Shown here one piece after another: positions 26,307 to 37,899 of a stretch of 64,000 nucleotides of DNA; the first letter of the stretch is position 1, and each line of letters opens with the position of its first letter. A program made the position numbers and the translations under genes. The stretch spans positions 434,001 through 498,000 of the forward strand of contig CBFDEM010000045.1 in NCBI GenBank assembly GCA_965603825.1, given 5' to 3'. The notes beneath the pieces were generated by a model. That model made no database searches and was not told the origin of the DNA. It saw nothing but the letters and a program-made list of their open reading frames with translations. This DNA is from Blepharisma stoltei ATCC 30299. Lineage: Eukaryota > Protista > Ciliophora.

Positions 26307-26320
26307 ATCCCCCTTTTTAA
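26307..26320 (-). promoter_or_regulatory. Upstream motif TTAAAAAGGGGGAT, 11 nt before the ATG of MULE copy 1
   Basis: An identical 14-mer occurs upstream of MULE copy 2. Regulatory function is inferred. Confidence 0.5.
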
Positions 26321-26330
26321 AATTAATAAA

Positions 26331-28142
26331 TTATTTAAATTTAATTGCAATTCCTAAGAGCTCTTTATCTGTTTTACCATCATGTTCAGGCAAAAGCCAC
26401 CTTTTCGCTGTATGCTCAATAATAAATTCCACAATATTCTTGTTTTTACGCCTACACATAAACAGTAAGTGAGAGCAAGGGATTCCATGCTTAATCATTC
26501 TTTTACAAGTGCATAGTCTATATTCCCAATGGATTTCAAACAATTTTGACACCCTTCAGCTTCTATCATCAACTATTATGATTTCATCATCTAAATTCGT
26601 CCTAGGAAAAATTTGTCATAAACATTTAAGGGCAACGTAAACCCTCAGCAAGCAATATTGAGTATAAAGTTTTTCAATCCCTTTCACATTAGCTGCTACA
26701 TCTTCAAGAGCTCCAATTTTCTTGACACTTATATGTTTTACGCTGCTAGTTTCTTCGTCAGCCTTACATAGATTTTCATATTGAGAAAACATTTTTAGCT
26801 TTCCTTCTCGCTCAATTACTTTGTTTATTTCTTTTTTGATGGTAAACATGGATTTAGACCTTTTTCTTGTTAATAATCCAGCTGTAAAAAAATTTCAGAC
26901 TGAGTATTTTGCCCACTGGTCTCTGTAGTTAAAAAAGTCAAGATATTCTTCACAGTTTTGGAGTGACGGGTATTCACTAAGGAGATTGTTTCAGACTGTA
27001 AGAAGATCTTCTTCAGTTTCTGCACGAAACACATTGATAAGTTTATAAGTGATAAATGGGCCTTTTCTGCCGATGCCAAGATTACAAGAGTGCGCATAAT
27101 GCTGGAGGCTGAATAAAATGGTGGAGTTTGGGAAATTTTCCTTCATAGAATCATATTGTGTTTTTATAGAGTCAGTTATTATGGTTTGAGGCTCAGTAAA
27201 TCCTTGATTTTTAAATAAATTGAAAGTCCAGTCATAGTTTTCTTCATTGTCTTCTTTAAGCAGCGCAATTGCAATTATCGAATTAATGCCATTTCTGTCA
27301 ACAGTCAACATTAGCATTGATGCTTTAAAAAATGGATGCAGCTTCCCATTGGTCTCTATAAGCAAAATGTCTTTTAATGAGTTTCACAAAGCCAGTTTTT
27401 CTTTAGTTGTGATAAAAATTCTTTGCTTTTTGGGGTTATTTATAAGAATAATTCCATCTTCAGCGATATTTCTTTTGACAATGTCATCATAATTCATACG
27501 GGATTTCCAAAGTCCTGTGCGACTAGATAGGCATGATCTAAGGACTTTGGAAGACATTTTAAGGCTTGGATAGCTTTGTTGAATTGCGTTAAAAATTTCA
27601 CTGCGGCTGAAGCCTTGTTGGTAGAATTGGCCAATTTCTTCTTTCACAAATTCAGGGAGAACAGTATGGGATTCAAATGATTTACAGTCGTTGTCATTAG
27701 GCCTAGGATGGTTGTGGTAAGGATTTATTGAGCGGCAATAAAATTCATATTGGCCATCTTCACGTTTCCTTCCATTTCACACCATTTTAAATGGACATAA
27801 GCTTTCAGGGGTAATTGAAGGAAATTTATCATATTTTCTGGTAATTGAAAAATAGCACACAAATCGGCAGGAACGCCCATTAAAATGTTTTTTAGTCCGA
27901 ATTATGGAGTTTTCTTGGCGGTCGCAAACAGATATCACTTGAGTTATTAATTGTTCACGGTTTTGACAGACTATTATTGAGCCTTTTGCAAAGCATGTGA
28001 TGTTATAAAAGGTTTCTGCAATTTCAATTTCTTTATATTCTTTTACAGGCGCCTCTTCGTCATCGTCTATATCTTCAACTAATTCTATTTTTATTTTCTT
28101 GGAAGGCTTTTTTCCTGCGTTTGATTTGCTTTTCTTAAGCAT
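26331..28142 (-). CDS. MULE-transposase-derived FAR1-like protein with SWIM finger, copy 2 (603 aa)
   Basis: One frame with 6 TGA(Trp) from ATG 28142. FVCYFS..CPF..HNHP; IALLKEDNEENYDWTF..PQTIITD..FPNSTILFSLQH; SWIM CTC..GIPCSH. Confidence 0.82.
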
Positions 28143-28162
28143 ATAATTTATTTTAATAGACA

Positions 28163-28176
28163 ATCCCCCTTTTTAA
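28163..28176 (-). promoter_or_regulatory. Upstream motif TTAAAAAGGGGGAT, 20 nt before the ATG of MULE copy 2
   Basis: Identical to 26307-26320 despite strong divergence of the two coding regions. Confidence 0.5.
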
Positions 28177-28260
28177 TGAGAAATAATCGGGAAAAGTGGT
28201 AACTTTGGTGATTTAAATTATTTTTTTAGTGAAAACTATTGCAAATCAATTAAAATAAAA

Positions 28261-29550
28261 TTATTTAGAATTAGGCTGCGTTCAGTTTATAGCCCCATCA
28301 ATTACATCCATTGAGACACTAGGATCTTTTTCTTCTTCAGGAACAGTTTCTGCTGTGCATGAGTTAATAACCATCATGACCATAGGGTACAGATAAGTTA
28401 GCATTCATCCCATCTGATAATAAATAAAAATTTCATAAAACAGAACTATATATGCATTTCGTATTAAATCTGTGATGTGTAAAGTATCAGTCACAGATGA
28501 AGAAGTAGAAGGCAGGGCATTTTGGATGATCACAATCAGCATATTCAAAATGTTAAAATAAATCCACGATGCTAATAGTCTTATGATGGAATGCCAAGTG
28601 CTGACACTTCCCCATCATTTTTGCTTAATTTTATTATAAGAAAATGCCATACCCAGCAAAGCACCTGTAGAAAGAGATAATGTGCTTACCATCTTCAGAT
28701 TATTTTGTGCAATATCTTTGCTGTCAGAGATCTCCAATGAGTCAGGACAATGGGAATTTACCTTTTTCTGCCATTTATCTGGCATGTATGCATCCCTGAA
28801 TTCATATAGGATAATTCCGACTGCAATGCCAAGCATAAAAGCGCAGTGTATAAAAATAAGCCCTGGCTTCATTTTTATAAAGATTTCCATTATCAGCTTA
28901 TTGATCCATTTATCAAAATAGATAAAAATAACTACAACCAGAAGTCCATAAAGCCAGCTTAATATTATATCGAAAATTCCATTCAAACCTAAGTAGATTT
29001 CAGTGAATCCTACAAAGAGTACCCAAATCAAGTTAACTCCAATAAAAATAGCTTTTTCTCATAGTTTATCTCTTTTGCAATTGAATAATTTCAATGTAAA
29101 GAAATAATAAACACAGCCAATAGAAACCATCGATCTTTCACTCGGAACATTTCAATTTAAAACACAATCCCACCCATGGACATCAGAATGCTCCCAATAA
29201 ACTTGAGGTCTAGAGTATAGCATAGCTAGCATATTTGCTGTACAAATTAAAGTACACACAACAATGATCATTTTCATTCCGGCAAAGGCATCTATATCAG
29301 TGTGGGCATATAAAAAATAAAGCTGATACACAAATGGGATAAAAATCCATACAGCCTTGAAAAAATTAATAGTTGAGTCTAAATTCTGCTTTTGGATTTC
29401 TTTTGAGAACGTTACCTGTTCATCATAAAAGTCTCCTGTCATAATGTCTTCTATAACAACAGCGACTAATCATAAAGCTACTATAAGTCCAATAACAATA
29501 TTGCTCAGCTTAAGGTTTTTCGTCGACGAGGGATAAAAATCAACATCCAT
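28261..29550 (-). CDS. PAP2/glucose-6-phosphatase-like membrane protein, catalytic motifs degenerate (~429 aa)
   Basis: One frame through TGA codons. LYSRPQVYW (C1 region), VPSERS (C2, PSGH position), FTEIYLGLNGIFDIILSW (C3). Confidence 0.65.
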
Positions 29551-29588
29551 CAGAATAAAATTAGAATTACTCATATTTAGACTATTAA

Positions 29589-30788
29589 TTAGCTCCATCG
29601 TGTAAATTCTATATCTCTCTCTGAGCTTGCCCAGTTCTCCAGATATCCCATAATCAGACTTAAAGGCTTCGGAGGTTCCACAATAGGAGGCTCAATTGGT
29701 TCTCTGGGATTATCAGTGATTTCACTATTTTTCTATATAAAAGTTACCCTAGAAATAGTTGTCCTAATTTTTGAGTCAATATTTTTGGAAAAATCTTTAA
29801 AACTCTCAACCTGCTCTTCTCTTGTGATGCTTTTTCCTTTCTCTTTTTTAAATCTGGAAAATTCATTTTTCACTTCTTCAGGGACTTCCGGGGTGGCAAG
29901 AATTAAATTCAAAGGTCTTACAGATTGCCCGATATTTGAGTATTTTTCAAGCTTGGGGTGAACGAGCTCTTTTCTGACTTGTTTATAGTGGTCTTTTGGT
30001 GTCCCAATAGTGTTCTGAATAGTGGATGGTGCTGAAAGCTGGGTTGGGCTTTGATTTTCAGTTTCTTTTGTTTCTGTTTGCTCTTGTGTATTTTGCGGTT
30101 TATTTTTTTTATTTTTTGTTTTCTTGTTTTCGCTTTTATATCTGCCTGATCCACGAACAGCCCCAAACATAGCTTCTTCGTCATCTTCTAAAGCTTCATC
30201 TCCTTTGCTTCCTTCCAGCTCCATTTCGATCTTATGAGCTCTTTTGATTTGTTCTTCAGTCAATTCATGCTCACTGACAGCACTTGTTGTGTAATATTTT
30301 TCGTCATATGTGCTTTTGACTCCAAAATTTTTTTCATTGAATTCAAACTGATTCCAGCCTTTTATATTATTTTGATCAAGGGTGTCTTCTTCTCCTTCAC
30401 ATTCAAACCTTTCTAATTCTCTTTCCTTGTTGCTTCTTGATCTGGATATTTCTTTGTCAGTCTTAAATTTTTTGAAAGAAATTACTGAAATACTTTTAAA
30501 TTCAAGTGATAATATATCATGAATTAAAAATTTTTGTTTCTGAATCATTCCTCCTTCAATTTTGCAGTCCATTAAGCAAGCTCCTTCAGATGTATAATTA
30601 TTTAAACGTCCTTGATAGCTTTTTCCTGATTTAGTAGTGAGTTTGCACTGTTTATTTAATAAAGATAAAATTGCAAACATCAGTCTTTGTTTAAGGGTTT
30701 CTTTAGAATTTGGCTTTGATTTTTGGGGATCCAGGCTAGAAAGTTTAGGCTTTTCCTCATTGCATAAATTTTCTTGATTTGGATCCAT
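29589..30788 (-). CDS. Ataxin-2/Pbp1-like Lsm + LsmAD protein, one 15-nt intron
   Basis: RLMFAILSLL..TKSGKSYQG, FKTDKEIS, GWNQFEFNEKNFGVKSTYDEKYYTT, DDEEAMFGAV. Intron 29733-29747 removes the TAG. Confidence 0.85.
29733..29747 (-). other. 15-nt intron GTAACTTTTATATAG
   Basis: Consensus with A at -6; the frame continues about 47 codons to TAA at 29589. Confidence 0.75.
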
Positions 30789-30894
30789 ATTATTATTTTC
30801 TAAATTTAGATTTTAATGTTAATATTATTGATTAAGTTCATTATAGCATAAGTTTATCTGCCTTGGTCTTCAAATTAGCATATCCATTATCTAA

Positions 30895-33417
30895 TTAAGT
30901 ATTATCAGGCTCATTTAGAATTTGTGTCACAAATTCTTTCAGCTTTTCTTTTCACACTTCCACAGGCGCAGTATTAGTTCTATCTTCCTTAGTAAATAAT
31001 AATGACCGCATTTCTTTGATCCTCGCTAAGATCAACACATGCGAAGGGCGGTAATTTGGATTAAATTTAAAGCATTCTCTCATTAAATCCACAACTTCAG
31101 GATTTTGATATTCTAACTTTTCATCCACATTGAGTAATATTTTGCAATCCATTTTATTTTTTATAATATTGCAGATAGCTTCATCTTTTAATTTCTGCTT
31201 CATTTCTCTCGACATTATTTTTGAGTCTATATAATCATTTTTGAGTTCCTCTGAAGCAATTTCTTCATAAAAATTTTTTCCTTTTAACAAGTAGTATATA
31301 AATAAGCTTACATTAAATGCAAAACTTTTAGGCTCATTGCAATATTGATTCGTTATTTCCTCTGGAGCTTTCCAAGAAACAGGAATTTCGTCAAATAAGC
31401 AATAATCTAATACAAACATATAAGTTTTTTTGTTAATTTTCACCAAATAAGGGGTTATAGATTGTAAATTTTGATTTTTTGCAGTACAATATGACTTGAC
31501 TTTAGATAGCAATTCAATTATGTCGATAATTAAAAACATATCTTGCTTTATTTCTTGTGATAATTTGAATAAAAACAATTCCTGGTACTGCACAACTAGA
31601 TATTGTTTGTTTCTGTACTTGCAAATTCCATAGCACATATTAATGTTGTCATGCTGAGTGGCGGTATACTTTATGTATAAATCAAAGTATTCCCTTCTAT
31701 TATTCATTTCTCTAAGCTCTGCTACAAATATGGTGCATTCAAGCGTCTTGATATCTTCCTCTTCATTTCTAGCAATAACTGGAGGTCCAGAATATTCTAT
31801 ATTTATGTAATCGATGTCTGTTAAATAATAAGAATTATTTTCAAGCTCATGTTGAAGATAATCTGCAAAACTCGTAAACCATTTCCCTAAATATTGAACT
31901 ATGTCTTCTTTATGTGGTCTTTTTCCAAATAAAGATTGCAAAGGTGAATCTGGCTTAATTTTTAATGTTTTCATGAAAGTGCCTAAATATCGATAGGGCT
32001 CTTTTATAAATGTAAGCTTTGCTGTGTATAATTCATTGAATAACATCTCAATCATCCCTTCAACCTTAAAATTTGATTTTCTCCTGACGGCTTCAGGTAA
32101 AGGCACTGGGTCAATAAATCTATATTTTACAGTTTTACTGCTGTCATCAAAAACTGCTTGATTTCCTTCGATTGCATCTCTAAGAAAATCTTGCTTAACA
32201 ATTGCTGCATAAATTTTTTTCTCCCTATTATATTCCTCCACATTGCCAAAATTTCAAATTTTTTCAATATATTTAGCATTTTTTCTTTCCCTTTCGTCTT
32301 CTGTGTCTCCATCTATTACAAATCGCGTAAAAGTTTTATGCATGTACCTCTTTTTGCAAAAATTAAATAATTCTTTGATATCAAGCCTGCTTTTTTCATA
32401 GTAAATTTTGTGCAGGCCTCTCCCATACGATTTATATGAGCTAATTGTACTTGATATCATCTCTTGAGGAATGCTTATAATGCTTTTTTCTTCATACCCT
32501 ATATAGCAAAAAGAAAGTTTTATTCCAACTTGTCATCTTTTAAAGTCAATAAAAAATTGTCCGCATTTAAGCTCGCTATTTACAAGTGAAATGAATTCAA
32601 TAATCGCATCATAGTGCTCCCCTTGGTCAAAAGTAACAACCTTTGCATCTATAGAAAATACAAGTCTTATTTCAATAACTCCGCTTTTTGTTTCAAAAAC
32701 AACTGGAAATGTTCCTCATTTTTCAGAGCTATCTCCTGTGTCATTAATAGCTATCAATAGAATAAATTTCCCATTTTCATTGCTATCTTTAATATTTTCG
32801 AAACCAAGAGCTTTGATTCCTTCTTTTAGAAGGGCATGGGCCTTCCTAACGTCAATGTTCTTTGTGTCGCCAAATTTTAATAAATACAATGACTCTTTGG
32901 CTTCTTTAAAAAAGGTATAATTCCTAATAAACACGTCAATTCCAGTCAATAGAGTTGTTCATATTTCATCAGCCAGCTTTGTTTTTATTTTTTCGTATGA
33001 TGGCAAATAAATAATTCTTGATATTAGTAAAATATTGCAGTTTTCGTAGGACTCATTAAGTTTATTAGCTTCGGCTCCTGACTTTGCAATTGAAGGGACG
33101 AGTAATAAAGAAAAATTCTCTCATTGGGAATTAATTTTATTGAATTGATTACAAAGCTGTGAATACTCTGCTTCAGGCTTGAGAAATTTTGACATAGTTG
33201 ATATATAGATGATATAGTTTGTGAAAGTTATAAAAACAGCCAAACTAACTTGGTTCATGCTATAAGTTAAAAAGATATGCTTAGCTTTTTCTTGAGGAAC
33301 AAATTTAGGGAGAATCGCAAGCCTTTTCGATGTCGGAGTATGCTTTGTGTTTAACTTTTTAAGAACTTCTTCAAATGCTTTGAAAGATCAATCTACAGAT
33401 GATAAAGTATCCACCAT
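30895..33417 (-). CDS. Large protein (~840 aa) with C-terminal degenerate kinase-like (pseudokinase) domain
   Basis: Continuous frame from ATG 33417 to TAA 30895 with TGA=Trp. HDNINMCYGIC..YLVVQY, LDYCL (DFG position), WKAPEE, LMRECFKFNPNYRPS. Confidence 0.7.
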
Positions 33418-33771
33418 GATGGATCTATAAATTATAATACCTCTAATTCTAATTTAAGATGCTGAGAAATAGACAATAAATTACAGTAATAGAAATTCAT
33501 TATTACTATTATTTTTAATTGCAATTCCTCAATCTATCCTTTTACTATTAAAAACTTAATTTCAAATATTTGAAATTTAAAATTTGCTTTGCTAAAATAA
33601 ATATTTGCTCCTTATATTATGCTTTGATATAAAGAAATCAAGTACCTTTGAAAAGCAAACAATTTTATTGACATAATCCTACAAATTTTATTCTCAATGC
33701 AAAGTATTTTGGATTTATAAATGCACCTATGTGAAAACTAGCTAATTATTAGTAGGGTCGTTTTAAAAATT

Positions 33772-34167
33772 CTATGGATTATTTTGGAAAAGTTTTTCTG
33801 CATCCCAGAGTGATCCAGATATTAGCTTGTGCTTCAGATCTTCTTCATTGTGAACTATTACAGGAACTTTTTCATGCCTCTTCATGCGGTGCTTGATTGC
33901 TTTGTGAGAATTAAGATTTCCAGCCTGTGTAAAAGATTTCGTGCATCCAGGATAAGGACATTTATATGGCTTTTCACCTGTATGAACTCTTATATGCGTC
34001 TTTAAATTAAAATCAACTGAAAACGATTTTTCACAGTAAGGACAGTGGAAAGGCCTTTCTCCGGTATGGACAAGCTGGTGTCTTCGCAATTTTGAGTTGT
34101 CTTTGAATGCCCTCTTGCAGATTTTGCATTGGTAGTTCCTGATACTCATATCGTAGCTGTCTGACAT
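33772..34167 (-). CDS. YY1-like C2H2 zinc-finger protein (three fingers)
   Basis: [54 protein letters not shown] closely parallels YY1 fingers 2-4. Confidence 0.85.
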   Translation of the reverse strand: MSDSYDMSIRNYQCKICKRAFKDNSKLRRHQLVHTGERPFHCPYCEKSFSVDFNLKTHIRVHTGEKPYKCPYPGCTKSFTQAGNLNSHKAIKHRMKRHEKVPVIVHNEEDLKHKLISGSLWDAEKLFQNNP

Positions 34168-34637
34168 ATTAATTTGTAAGGGAAAGATTATGGTTTTTAA
34201 GCATTATCGTCAAGTATAGCATTCTTAGTCGGAAAAAACTCTAATTTTAAGCTTTTTAAAATGAGAAATATTAATGAACTTCAAAATCGACAAAGGCTAG
34301 ATTCTTTGTGCTCAGAAAATAGATAGCTCTTGCTATTAAAATAAATCTCCATAAAAATCTACTTTTATATTCTATTGATTAGTATAATAAATTATTAGAA
34401 TATTCAGTAATGATATTAGATTTTTAAAAAGAAATTCCAGATTGCAAATCAATTTAATAGTCAAACTAATTCTTAAGGTTTATTTTCTTTATAAAATTCA
34501 AAAAATAATTAAAACCTGCAAGTTCATTAGAAAAATTAAAGGTTAAAATGGACTACTTAATGCGTAGCTTTCTTATTTTGTAACAAAAAATTACTTATAT
34601 ACAAAAATGGTTTTTAAGCATCCAATAACTTATATTC

Positions 34638-35087
34638 TTATAAAAATACATTTTTAGCTTGTCTCGCAATAACTGGCGATAAATCATAATTCTTATACAA
34701 TTTATCTATTCTTCCTTCTTCTCCAACTCTTCAATTTTTGTCATCAATTTCTATATTTCTTAGAGTTCTTATTATATCTGCTGATTCTAATTCAATAATT
34801 CTTTGTTGTAAAGCTAAAAGTCCATTGCGGGCTAATGTGCTTTTAGCTCCTAAATTTTCAAGTTTTAAGAAGCCATCATCGTATTTAATTGAGAGCTTTT
34901 GTGGCAAGTTTCTGGCGGGTTTAAAGTTTGTTGAATTGTGGATTTCTTGTTTTACTTTATTTAATTTTTCTAAATACTCTTTTGGGACTTGGGATAAACT
35001 TTTAACATGCTTACTTTTTTTAGGTTTTTGTTTTTCATGATAACTTTTAATGTAAATAGCTCTTAATTGAGCTAAGCTTTGCGACAT
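34638..35087 (-). CDS. Hypothetical basic protein (~149 aa)
   Basis: ORF 34731-35087 extends after TGA to TAA at 34638. Confidence 0.6.
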
Positions 35088-35822
35088 TTAATTATTAGAC
35101 ATTTATTAGAAGGTTCCAATACTATATGGAGATTAAAATATTTTTTAAGTTTTACTGGAAAAACACTGATACAGCTTTAGCTAGATATTGAACCCTTCTT
35201 TCACATATTAAATTTAAAATGAAAAACTATAAAAATAGGAAATCGTGAGGTTTAAAAATATTAGCACTAACAATAGATGGGAAATTTGGATCAGATATAA
35301 AAATCCCTTTTTCTTAAATTTCCTCCTGGATTGGCTTACTTGAGCTTTTATAATAAAGCTGAAATTAATGAAATATTTTTTAGGATAACCCTTATCAGAA
35401 ATAAATGCAAATTTATGATGTAGTTTTTATTTTTTTAATCAATATTAAAAACACATGATTGATAATTTTTTAAAATTTTGGCATAGAGAAAAATTGGCAT
35501 TTTGAGCATCAAATAATAATATAGCACAAAAAATATTTGCATTAAAATCATATCAAATATTTAAAAATCTTTTTCGGTGGAGGTTTGAAGCTTCTTCTAA
35601 ATCTGTTAAAAATGAATCTAAGAACTTTAAAGAATTCACTATTTATCATAGATAAAATTGGAGCAAAATGCATACAAAATTCCCATTTTAAGTGGATAAA
35701 GCTCTAAATAACTAATAAATAAAAATATATATAGAATTTCATTTAGACTATAAAATGGAATCTATAATACGAAAATATAAACAGCCATAATCATTTTCTA
35801 TGATAATTAGATAATTAATCGC

Positions 35823-36608
35823 TTAAGACAGCATTTTGGTTTTATGAATTTCTGAAAACTTCGTCTGAGTTACAGGCAGCGCTCTTCTCATTGACTTAAA
35901 GCACGCCTGAGGTATCTGCTCATACAGCGCATGCATTCCTCTATGCACTTGATCTTCAAATTCAAAAATAGCTCTACTAACAGCCTGCGCAAACGCTTCA
36001 TCATCTCCTTCATTAATGTTTTTGCTGCATTCTTTTTTTTGATTTGACTGCAAATTCCCTTCTTCAAAATAATGCGCACGAATATTAATTTCCCCTTCAA
36101 TCTTATTCCCTACAACTTTCCAATTGCTCAGCCATTCTCCAGTCCACATATTTCTCAAATTCAAGACTGGCGATGCCAAAAATATAGAAAATCCATCTTC
36201 ATTCGTAAAGACTCTAGCCTGTGCAGTTTCAGAATAATGCTGACTTAGATATTGGTCAAGCTTAGTTTGAATAGCTTGAGCTCTGCTATTTTGAGGCTCA
36301 ATTTCTTCAACAGATTCTGCTTCAAATGTATGGGAGTTGAAAATAAAGCGTTTTGCAATCTTCGGGTCAATAAAACTACTCCCAGTCCTTCCTTGTGGAG
36401 TCAGCATAGCTTGGCTCTCACCAATAGAAACAGTAGCTCCATGTGCAGCTAAGCACTCAATAAGGGTGTCTTGTATGGTTTCCTGCTCCAGGAGTTCTTG
36501 GTCCCCAACTATTCCTTTTAGGTCATTTAAGACTTCTTTAAGTTCTCCTACAGGAGAATTTCTGAGAAAGTATTGAATTACGCGCAGCCTGACCTCGCTC
36601 CCTTCCAT
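35823..36608 (-). CDS. CAPZA: F-actin capping protein alpha subunit
   Basis: FLRNSPVGELKEVLNDL, NMWTGEWLSNW, AHYFEEGNLQ, FKSMRRALPVTQTKF. Confidence 0.92.
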   Translation of the reverse strand: MEGSEVRLRVIQYFLRNSPVGELKEVLNDLKGIVGDQELLEQETIQDTLIECLAAHGATVSIGESQAMLTPQGRTGSSFIDPKIAKRFIFNSHTFEAESVEEIEPQNSRAQAIQTKLDQYLSQHYSETAQARVFTNEDGFSIFLASPVLNLRNMWTGEWLSNWKVVGNKIEGEINIRAHYFEEGNLQSNQKKECSKNINEGDDEAFAQAVSRAIFEFEDQVHRGMHALYEQIPQACFKSMRRALPVTQTKFSEIHKTKMLS

Positions 36609-36633
36609 TTATGATTTAGATGACATAAATAGC

Positions 36634-37899
36634 TTAATTTAGGATTAGTGGAGTTTTTATTGTTTGTTCAACAAGCGCATAGGAATAAACGTCATTAAAT
36701 GGCATTTGGTGCCGATCGCCGCCAAACACAACCATCATGTCTCCAAAGAGAATTGAAGAATGGCCATCTCGAGGGTGAGGGGCTTTGCCATTTATTTTCC
36801 CTACAACTGGAGCAGCTGGGCCGATATAAAGAGAAGCTCTTTTTCCTCTTGTCGGAGAAGAGTCCCCAGAGCTGAGTTCTGGCGATCTGTTGGCTTCTGA
36901 AGATTTGTGTGGACTTTCAGTGTTTATTGTTTTTGATCTTGGCATTAATGGGCTTTTTGCTTTTTTGAACTCTTCAAGTTGGGCTGCAGATACAGGGTCT
37001 TTGATTTGTTGCTCATCTTGGAACATTGTCCATAAGTTAGAAGAAAATTCATAGGAATGCATTTCGTTGGTTTCTTTCGTTATGTCTCGCATTCCTCCAA
37101 AAATGATCATATAGTCTTTATAAAGAATTGCAGTTTGTCCAGACCTAGGAGTTGGGACTTGTCCTAGCCCATGTATTTGTTCCCAATTATAAGTCCTTAA
37201 ATCAAGCTTCCACAAGTCATTGAGTTTTTCGCCTTCGTCATTTGACCCTCCAAAAATAAATAAATGGTCTCTGTATACAACAGCGCTGTGATTTGATCTT
37301 GATGGAGGCTTTATCCCGGTCACTTTTGCGTTTTTCCACTTAGCGGTGTTTAGGTTAAGGATATAGACTTCATTAGTGCGGTCTCCTTGGACAAAACCGC
37401 CAAAAACAACCATCCAGCCAACAGAGGCTTCTTCATAAAGACAAGCTGTATGGGAGTCTAATGGAGGAGGACACGTGGGGACGTCTGGGGTCCAAACAGT
37501 CCATTGTAGAGAAATAAGGTCTAAAACCAATGTGTTGTTGAATTCTCTGTCACCGTTGGAGCCGCCGAATATAAACATTCGATTATCTTTCACAATTCCA
37601 GTATGTCTGCATAACGGGCCACGGTCTTCGATAGGAATTTCTACTCATTCTTCGTCTTCGCCTGAGTTAACTTCAGGAATCCTTAAAGCCCAAAGGCCAC
37701 CTTGAGGTCCTTCTCTAAGATCTTGGCCTCCATAAATCAGCATTTGGTTTCGCCACACGCAGGCAGAATGATAACTTCTTCTGGATGGATGCCTTCCTAC
37801 TGGCCTTACTTCAGACCAAAGCTCAACTGAAGTGTCTATGTGGGATTTGGTGTTTACTTTTAGATCAGGCCTTCGAGAATTAAACTTATATTCCTCCAT
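36634..37899 (-). CDS. Kelch-repeat beta-propeller protein (~421 aa)
   Basis: Repeats of PSRRSYHSA..IYGG, PPSRSNHSA..IFGG, PHPRDGHSS..VFGG; joined by TGA at 37645. Confidence 0.88.

Noticed and set aside
21300-28260. An autonomous composite transposon spanning the Merlin and MULE genes
   Set aside because: No terminal inverted repeats or target-site duplications seen by eye; a host carboxypeptidase lies inside, and the MULE catalytic residues are degenerate.
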